A stretch of DNA of 33,086 bases, from the NCBI RefSeq assembly GCF_000181795.1, contig NW_003526940.1, forward strand, positions 664,336 to 697,421. Direction: 5' to 3'. Origin of the DNA: Trichinella spiralis (Eukaryota). The notes under the pieces were generated by a model, which saw only the letters and a program-made list of their open reading frames with translations, did no database searches and was not told the origin of the DNA. Shown here in pieces: positions 24,566 to 33,086 of the stretch. The position numbers were made by a program, and so were the translations under genes. The first letter of the stretch is position 1. Every line of letters starts with the position of its first letter.

Positions 24566-24947
24566 AGGAAAATATGAAAAGTTTCCGTTCCTTTTCTGAA
24601 AGCGAACTAATTTTCCTGTTCAGAAACGTCAACCGAATATAATGGATCGGCAGTTCTGTCTCATCACTTTTAATGATACGTGTTGTTCATTGTTGTTTAT
24701 CATAGTTTTTGCTAACTGTTCTTTACTGTTGTTGTTGTTGCTGATTTTTCATAATGAAAACTAGAAATCATTATTCAGCTTATTTTTTGTGTTGTTTTCT
24801 CACACTTATTACTGTCACATTCCATATAACTTCAGTGAGGTACAGATAAGCACTGAATAATTTGAATATTTATTTTGAAAATGCTGTTTCTTAAAAAGTA
24901 TGAATTTCACCGTAAATAATATATTAAAAAACAAAATTATAATAAAT

Positions 24948-25145
24948 TGTTGGAAATCACCCCCTCATCCCCATATACCTAATTAATAATATACTGTAGC
25001 CATATATACCTTATAGTTTTCATTGTTTTTTTTTAGTGTGTACTCTTCGCGCTGTGTTGTACTGACGTTCGCTTGTACTTGTGATTCTGTGTGTTCGATC
25101 CATTAAACTGCAACCTTTTTGTCGTCGATGCTAACAATTCTAACG
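24948..25145 (+). mobile_element. Putative solo LTR (198 bp), BEL/Pao-type
   Basis: Imperfect inverted ends TGTTGGAA...TTCTAACG are flanked by the 5-bp direct repeat TAAAT (24943-24947 and 25146-25150). A TATA-like tract and ATTAAA (about 25102) lie inside. Confidence 0.5.
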
Positions 25146-25180
25146 TAAATTATAAAACTGTAGATTCTGAGAAAATAATA

Positions 25181-25535
25181 TGTTGGCGACAGAGATCTGT
25201 AGCCAACGAGGTAGTGGACTGTAGGTTTTGCTTTGGCGGCAGGTCAAATCAATTATGATAGCCTAACCGCAATACTACCCACGTTCGTTCACGAACGTGT
25301 AACAAATGAGACAAACAAACAGCGGACACCGGTTTTATTCCACGAAAGTGAGCACTTATCAATGGACACAAAGGAACAGAGACTAAGCACCACACAGACA
25401 CCAACGACAATCACACAGCACCGTAAGGAAATCGCTGACAAAAACCGCAGCTACTCTCCCGCTTCCGCGTCACACCCACACAGTACACCTCATACCGTAA
25501 TGATTGTCAAGTATTGATGCCTTCAGTTTCCAACA
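25181..25535 (-). mobile_element. Solo LTR (355 bp), BEL/Pao-type
   Basis: Perfect 6-bp inverted ends TGTTGG...CCAACA, with 5-bp TSD TAATA (25176-25180 and 25536-25540). AATAAA lies on the minus strand at about 25335. Confidence 0.8.
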
Positions 25536-26314
25536 TAATATTCAATGTAATTTCAGGATAGTAAAAATTTTTTACTTCTAATGTTAAGTTACTACGATTA
25601 AAGTTTCATCATCCTCAATGAAAATACTTGAACCAATAAAAGAAAACTCTATTGCGTTAACGATGCACAAAACGTACGTACAAAACGTACATGGTTGTTG
25701 AAACCATCTATCTGGAACACGACACTTCCTTCGCGTAGAAAATAAAAAATCGTGCATCTGCTGCGTTCCATGATTTGTGGCGCGCTCAGACAAGCTGGAA
25801 ACTTTCTGTACCTGGATAGCCAGATCCGTACGTTCTCTGATGTCGCTTGAACTAGGAAGAGTTTAATGGACGTAGTCCATCAGGGATAGACTGTTAGAAA
25901 TGGAAATTGCAATATTCCAGCTGCCTGCAATTCACTGCGGGAGAGAAAGTGACTCGTGCATGAGCTAATAAGTAAAATCGAGTGTGTCGACGTCTTCATG
26001 ACATTTTACGCAAGTGTATTCATTCGTTGCACATATGTACTTGCACAAAATACACTCGTCTCATCAGATGAGTGCAACTGTTTCTTGTAATGAACAACCT
26101 TTAGCTCAGCTGTGAGTCGGTTTGAACTGAACAGTGAAATAACCTACAGTCCAGTTCTTGATAGCATATTTTTTGTCTGCAACAAGCATAACAAAAACTG
26201 TACATTTATTGTATCAAAATGAAATAAAATAATAATATAAAAATAAAATAAAGTTAAAATTACGAATTATTTGAAAATGATCAAATTATTATTCTTCATC
26301 TTCGGTGAAGCAAA

Positions 26315-26821
26315 TCAACGAACCACAGCTCTACTTCTCAATGAATACCGCTTCTGTTTTGGAATTGATTTTAATGAAGAACGCTTTCGACGAGATTTAC
26401 TAGCCTTGATCAAAACTGCTTTTTGATTGGATTCCTTCACGCTTCTTTTCTTATTACGACGAGATTTTCCTCCACTTTTAGATCTTTGTCGCATTGCGAC
26501 TTTACGGGCCACTTTCTTGCCAGGACTCTTCTTTCTTCTAATACTCTTTGATCTCGAACGTGACCGCAACGACTGCAAACACGTTGGGCAAATTATTTCT
26601 GAGGGAGCTTCATCTCCATCTAATTGTACAGCTGATGGTCTTTTCTGCAATTTTAATCTTGATGATGGAACCACGATTTGATGAGTAGAACGCTTTGGGG
26701 TTTGACTTCTTGATATTGAACGTCTTCGAGGACGGGTAAGACTACCGCTGCGACTACTCATACTTCGTCGGGTGCTACTGCGACTGCGACTTCGACTATA
26801 ACTACGAGCAGAGCGCGCCAT
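26315..26821 (-). CDS. Intronless 168-aa Arg/Ser/Lys-rich basic protein; candidate protamine-like sperm chromatin protein
   Basis: Open frame from ATG 26821 (MARSARSYSRSRSRSSTRRS...) in AT-rich flanks. TATAAG lies about 60 bp upstream and AATAAA about 105 bp after the stop (26205-26210). The product call rests on composition only. Confidence 0.72.
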   Translation of the reverse strand: MARSARSYSRSRSRSSTRRSMSSRSGSLTRPRRRSISRSQTPKRSTHQIVVPSSRLKLQKRPSAVQLDGDEAPSEIICPTCLQSLRSRSRSKSIRRKKSPGKKVARKVAMRQRSKSGGKSRRNKKRSVKESNQKAVLIKASKSRRKRSSLKSIPKQKRYSLRSRAVVR

Positions 26822-27439
26822 TGTCGAACAGGGTATGGACCACACGAGCGATAAGACTGAACAACTTTTGTTTGAACATCACTTATACAGGCTATATTGC
26901 ACTTTAAACAATATCACTTTAAATCAAAATTGTTTAAACTTATCTTTAAAGTAGGTTATGAATAAAGTGATCATTATTATTATTTCAGTTTCATGCAGTA
27001 AAAACATTGTAATTTCTGAAAATAAATGATTCACTGAGAAGAACTTTGACATAAATTATGAAATATGAAATTGTTTCTAAAAAGAGTTTCCATTGTTAAT
27101 GTTGTTGTTGAACGTTCATTTCATTTCATTTATTGGACCTTTGCGCAGTTGTCCTATTGGCTTTCCTTTCATGCAAAAGGTTGCATCAAATGCATCAATT
27201 CTGTGCTGCCATAGTCAATGAAACAGAATTCCTCCTCAGATGAGATACGAGAACAGGTAACGAAGGGGATGGAATATCTTTGCTGTAATACTGATTAGGT
27301 GACGTTTGTTGCCAAACACGTTCAGATCTGCGTTCGACTGTATAAGATAAGAAAAGTAATCTTTCTCCGCGTTTCATGTTATTCAAGAGCTTTTAACATC
27401 CGGCTGCTGCTTTTTTTTCTCACGTGTTCAGGTGCTAAG

Positions 27440-28030
27440 CCTGTAGAACTGCATGGTGATTACTGGCACATTTTGCAAGGTTGAAAGCCCCCAACTTCAT
27501 CACTGTTCGCAATTGTGTCACCACCCTTAAAACCTTTTTCCTCATGAATTGAGAGCACCAGATCATCAACATGCACGTTTTTCAGAATTTCGTTCACTGC
27601 TTCAGGAAATTGGTATTTCCTTTCATGGTTTCTATTGACGCACGTAGCAAAGCATGGTGAACGTGAAAGAGCAAAACAGCTCTTTGATGTGGTAGAGGTA
27701 TTTCTTGAATACTTAGGTAGCAACAAATATATCAGCAGACATCTCTGTATTGTTCATGCAAACCGATGGGAAAAACATCTTAGAGATGTCAGCCTTGAGC
27801 GCTAAACGCAACCTCTGAAATCTTATCAATAATTTGGTGAGATCGTTCTTTAAGCAGGTTCCTACATGCAGATGTTGATTAACGTAAGTGCCTCTGCACT
27901 GTGCTAAACAATCAAATACATCTCACCATTTTGTACTGATCTTATCTTCACAAATGACGGCATGATTAGGTAAGTACCCGTTCTTTCCCGTTTCTGTATT
28001 CGTCAATTCTTCTATTACATCTTCTTCTAA
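27440..28030 (-). mobile_element. BEL/Pao reverse transcriptase remnant
   Basis: YLPNHAVICEDKISTKW*DVFD..NQHLHVG..NDLTKLLIRFQ..ALKADISKMF, then CFALSRSPCFA and NVHVDDLVLS (YVDD-like). Confidence 0.85.
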
Positions 28031-28119
28031 ATATTCCTTTTTCCAGATTATTGCTTCATGGTTGCATCAAGCAAAATTAGGTTTACAGTGAAGCATTTCT
28101 GTATGATTCACAATAAAGA

Positions 28120-28680
28120 TTTAAAAATGCATGCTTATTTTTAAGGATGTCGCTTATTCTTGGGGTAGTGGGCGATAAGGTACAACACTAATCGCTTTCA
28201 ACGTTTAACCAGTTCTGGTGATGAACATTAAGTGTCATGAGCGCAGTGAATCCCATTTCGCAAAGGTACGTTGTGGCGAAGGGAACCAATACATGTAAGC
28301 TCTATGAACTTAAGTTAGGGTATACAGCCTGTAATTTCATCCAGGAGCTTCCTAACGGCATACATTAAAAGCTGCCTCAGCTAAGTTGTTGAATTGCAGA
28401 TAAATGGTTTCTTCTTAAAGATCACATGGAAGATGTTCGACGTGAACTAAAATATGGATTTCTCAAAGCTTTATAGATCAGTATTTGAGGTTCCACGTTA
28501 AGAAAATAGTGAAAAAAACTGATGTTGTAGGCTTGTAAGGTGCGGTTCCATTTTTCTTTTCAAATCGTCGCTATGACAGTTATCACTGAAAAGCTTGTTC
28601 AGTCATGGAAACTATGTAAAAGTTCCTGATTAATCATATTTGAGACATGCAGAAATTTTTGCAATGAATCTTTGATCAAT
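28120..28680 (-). mobile_element. hAT (Buster/Charlie-like) transposase C-terminal remnant
   Basis: VLVPFATTYLCEMGFTALMTL...LNVESD*..LSPTTPRI matches the PFxTTYLCExGFS dimerisation motif. It is preceded by SWMKLQAVYPNLS and RNPY..LPCDL*EETIYLQ. Confidence 0.85.
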
Positions 28681-30479
28681 ATCATACTGGACTATAATAT
28701 TCACGTTTGAAATTTACAGTTTCACTTTTAAGCTTCTGATATGGTTGAGTCGTTATCCCCAATATTATGGATTGGCATGTCATAAGTAGAAACAACCTTG
28801 CACTGAACCTGCAAATTCACAGCATATATGCACAAAAGACCTAAAAATAGAAGGTATCTTACTGGTGGTTTTGAAATCCGTGAATAACGAATTCCGCGGA
28901 TGTGGAAGACGGACTGTAATTGTTTGCTGTGAAGTTTTAGAAAAACCAGTAAACTGTTTTAGGACGTTCCATCAATTCTCAAACGAAGTATTCTTATTGA
29001 ATCTTCTATAATTGAATTTAGTGACAAATTGTTTTATTACATAAAAATAAAAAACAAAATTAAAGGAATTCAGCTAAATGTAAATTTTTAGAACAATCGT
29101 AAAATAAAAAGAATATGATGTATTACTTTAAAAAAATGAAATTATTGTTCCTTACCATCATTCATTCAGCTGAATCAATGATGCTCAGAACTTCTCCACA
29201 GTGAATGTTTCTTCTTCATTCCATTTACTTTTATTGAAGAGCATTCTTGTCGAGATTTCATAATATTGCAATTGAAGTAATGCAAAATTCACTTTTGAAA
29301 TTACATTTAAATACTCATATGAAATATTGGATGGATTAATAAATACTAAAAAAGAATTTTTTGATTTAATCATCTAATATTTTTTATCTTACACAAATGC
29401 GCATAGCAAATATTACTGTAAAAAAACTTAAATAATGGGATTTTATCCAATTCACACCATGAAATTCGAAGTTTTATTACTGCAGCAATAACAGGCCTTA
29501 AATGGCCACCAGCAGGAATAATGACTGTGCAATTCAATTACAATCGATAACCTCAATTCTCTACTGTTCTCAACGAGAATAAAATATACACCAGCATTTA
29601 CTCGAGTAGTAGAAGAACACAGATCTGTAAAATGAACATAAGTCACTTGAACAAAGGAAAAATATCGAAATATCAAAATAATGCAGTTAATAAATATCAA
29701 AAAGTAACAGTAAACAAAATATAGAATTCAACACGGTTCAAGTAGTCAAAAGCGTCGTTAGGGTAAAAAGGTAATATTTCAAAATAGTTTCAAAGCGCTC
29801 TTCAGTCACCATACACGAGTCAGGGACTAGCTGCTGTGACAAAATGCCGCATGCCAAAGCAGAAAAAGGAATCGCTGCAGCGGTACGTCACAACAGCACA
29901 GAATAGCTTCAGAGTCCATAAAACATGTGCGGTTGTCCAAGTGAATACGTCTCTTTCAAGTGGTTACAGCACTGAATTGAAGCACATGTGTTTCGCTTGC
30001 CAGGGTGCTGTGATCAGGTTGCTTCGAACATTCTCCAAAGTTGAGTGAAAGCACCTGACCACATTTTGTTCTGAATGGCAAGCGCATCTGGCAGCTGGCA
30101 GAAATAATTCGTGTTGGTATCCCATAAAAAGAGTAGATTTATGAAACCAAAAATATCCATTCATGATGTAAGAAATAATTCTTCATGCAAATTCATTAAA
30201 AAGTCAGCAATAAGCATTTCGATTTCGCGCCGATCTGGCGCGGTTGTTGGATGAGGTCGAAAGTGGAGTAGAACTCTCACCGCCGCGTTCATGCACGCGC
30301 ACCATGTTGATCGCCAGCTACGGGAAGCAAGCCAGAAGCAGATGATAAAATCTACTTTGCCAGCTGCAAATATTTCAGGCGGTTTCAAACTGCTGTGAAT
30401 GTGCGGCGGTCTGCCTGTACATGCATACCCTGATGATGTTTTTCCAAAAAAATGGAAGGCGTCTCGATACTGTTTGGAT

Positions 30480-30694
30480 AAGCGGACTTTAAGATACATC
30501 ATCTGGTTTGCCACCAATTCGTTCCACTTTGGCCAAGCGGACTTGAAGATACATCATCTGGTTTGCCGCCAATTCGTTCCACTTTGGGCCAAGCGGACTT
30601 GAAGATACATCATCTGGTTTGCCGCCAATTCGTTCCACTTTGGCCAAGCGGACTTGAAGATACATCATCTGGTTTGCCGCCAATTCGTTCCACT
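30480..30694 (-). repeat. 55-bp tandem repeat, about 4 copies
   Basis: AAGCGGACTT recurs at 30480, 30535, 30591 and 30646. Confidence 0.95.
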
Positions 30695-31720
30695 CAAAAA
30701 ATGAGGAAAAGGAAGAAAGGCGTCGACTGGGTGAATTTGTAATTTCGCGAATTTGCAACGGTGGTGTGCAGATCCGTCAAGCACAACGCTGCACATCTGA
30801 CTTTCACCCATGTCCTAACAGATGGCGAAGTGGACACGATAAAAAGTCTGGCCAGAGAGACTCGTCTCTAGTAATTTTCAACTTTGTCCATCCTCCACGC
30901 AATATCACGTGAACGAAGTGTAGTCTGGATGATTTTCGCAGCTCTCCTTTAGGTGACACTAAGCCGTGACCAGCCGGCGACTTTGGTGTTTAGTCGATCC
31001 AGGGGAGGTCCAACTAGTATTTTTCTCCATCAAAAGACAATATTTGTTAGAACCTCCGACAATATTTGTTAGAACTCTCTCAAGTACAACGTCGCTATCA
31101 ACTGCGGAAAGGTTTCGTCCAGGGTGACTTTGAGTGCTTCTTCTATTTTCCAGAACTCTCGAAAAAGTTTACCAGTGGCTTCCTCCTTTCGCGTCAGCAA
31201 CGTTCGGGCCTCTTCAGTCACCATCATGGTTGTCAGTACAATTGGAATCCAACCGATTTGGACTGCAAGGCTACTGGACCGTCAGTCGAAGGCGACCGTC
31301 GATGATATCAAAGTAGTGAACAAGATCCATGATAGAGCACATCACGATCAGTTTCCCTTGTAATCGCTCAATCATCTTCAGCGATTCCAAGTGTGGCAAA
31401 CCATCAGAATCACTGCGGCCCGCAAGTTATTCCCACATATCTTGGCAAATGCTCGTACTCAGCGTGAGGTGATCGCTTTCGATAAATCGCTAGTAGCATT
31501 TAATTGTAGCGCACGTCCAGACATCAGCCGTTGCATGATTTTTCTGCTTCTCAGAGAAACCAAATCAACCGCTTTATCCGGGCCCGTAAGCCGCAGAATT
31601 TCCGCTAGGTCTTTCAGAATGAAGAAACTCTGTGACGCCGTGTCGAAAAGAATGAAGACCCCTGCGACTATCCCGGCCTGTATACCATTATTTTGTTCCC
31701 TACACCCCTCAGCACCAACT
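30681..31720 (-). mobile_element. Further copy of the inverted BEL/Pao remnant (matches 20892-21930)
   Basis: Same ORFs at offset 9789 (21277/31066); the sequence degrades just before the gap. Confidence 0.85.
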
Positions 31721-32136
31721 NNNNNNNNNNNNNNNNNNNNNNNNNNNNNNNNNNNNNNNNNNNNNNNNNNNNNNNNNNNNNNNNNNNNNNNNNNNNNNNN
31801 NNNNNNNNNNNNNNNNNNNNNNNNNNNNNNNNNNNNNNNNNNNNNNNNNNNNNNNNNNNNNNNNNNNNNNNNNNNNNNNNNNNNNNNNNNNNNNNNNNNN
31901 NNNNNNNNNNNNNNNNNNNNNNNNNNNNNNNNNNNNNNNNNNNNNNNNNNNNNNNNNNNNNNNNNNNNNNNNNNNNNNNNNNNNNNNNNNNNNNNNNNNN
32001 NNNNNNNNNNNNNNNNNNNNNNNNNNNNNNNNNNNNNNNNNNNNNNNNNNNNNNNNNNNNNNNNNNNNNNNNNNNNNNNNNNNNNNNNNNNNNNNNNNNN
32101 NNNNNNNNNNNNNNNNNNNNNNNNNNNNNNNNNNNN

Positions 32137-33086
32137 TCAAAATAATGCAGTTAATAAATATCAAAAAGTAACAGTAAACAAAATATAGAATTCAACACGG
32201 TTCAAGTAGTCAAAAGCGTCGTTAGGGTAAAAAGGTAATATTTCAAAATAGTTTCAAAGCGCTCTTCAGTCACCATACACGAGTCAGGGACTAGCTGCTG
32301 TGACAAAATGCCGCATGCCAAAGCAGAAAAAGGAATCGCTGCAGCGGTACGTCACAACAGCACAGAATAGCTTCAGAGTCCATAAAACATGTGCGGTTGT
32401 CCAAGTGAATACGTCTCTTTCAAGTGGTTACAGCACTGAATTGAAGCACATGTGTTTCGCTTGCCAGGGTGCTGTGATCAGGTTGCTTCGAACATTCTCC
32501 AAAGTTGAGTGAAAGCACCTGACCACATTTTGTTCTGAATGGCAAGCGCATCTGGCAGCTGGCAGAAATAATTCGTGTTGGTATCCCATAAAAAGAGTAG
32601 ATTTATGAAACCAAAAATATCCATTCATGATGTAAGAAATAATTCTTCATGCAAATTCATTAAAAAGTCAGCAATAAGCATTTCGATTTCGCGCCGATCT
32701 GGCGCGGTTGTTGGATGAGGTCGAAAGTGGAGTAGAACTCTCACCGCCGCGTTCATGCACGCGCACCATGTTGATCGCCAGCTACGGGAAGCAAGCCAGA
32801 AGCAGATGATAAAATCTACTTTGCCAGCTGCAAATATTTCAGGCGGTTTCAAACTGCTGTGAATGTGCGGCGGTCTGCCTGTACATGCATACCCTGATGA
32901 TGTTTTTCCAAAAAAATGGAAGGCGTCTCGATACTGTTTGGATAAGCGGACTTTAAGATACATCATCTGGTTTGCCACCAATTCGTTCCACTTTGGCCAA
33001 GCGGACTTGAAGATACATCATCTGGTTTTGCCGCCAATTCGTTTCCACTTTGGCCCAGCGGACTGAGATACATCATCTGGTTGCCG
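32137..33086 (+). repeat. Near-identical copy of 29673-30620 (offset 2464), ending in the 55-bp array
   Basis: Identical ORFs at 29836/32300 and 30161/32625; the 55-bp units run from about 32944 to the window end. Confidence 0.92.

Noticed and set aside
28870..28918. Tigger/MER2-like right terminus (CCGCGGATGTGGAAGACGGACTG-TA)
   Set aside because: No matching left TIR was found, so an element cannot be delimited.
29150..29720. Exon-like segments on the minus strand with GT/AG signals
   Set aside because: I could not assemble a stop-free frame or recognise a product; at best this is a decayed gene fragment.
30480..30694. Regular repeats resembling a CRISPR array
   Set aside because: The units are head-to-tail with no unique spacers, no cas genes are present and the context is eukaryotic.

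Overview
Eukaryotic, AT-rich, intron-dense genomic DNA. The gene style and transposon set suggest a nematode such as Trichinella (inference, not proven). The first 6 kb holds two multi-exon host genes on +: INTS9 (83-3653) and BBS5 (3957-5903), the latter with a consensus RFX/DAF-19 X-box. The rest is mostly transposon debris: two piggyBac remnants, a full-length but disabled Ty3/Gypsy element (8157-13119) whose gag frame appears to start inside the LTR, decayed BEL/Pao elements, a second Gypsy RT fragment, a Tigger/pogo derivative, two solo LTRs and a hAT remnant. An older inverted duplicate of the BBS5-to-BEL/Pao segment (17061-20303) keeps the empty Gypsy site and a BBS5 pseudogene whose deletion junction sits beside a Tigger insertion. 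An intronless Arg/Ser/Lys-rich, protamine-like gene (26315-26821, -) lies among the debris. Several near-identical repeats next to N gaps look like assembly redundancy. I see no clear new multi-gene system; the best leads are the basic protein gene, the inverted duplicate and the LTR-initiated gag.
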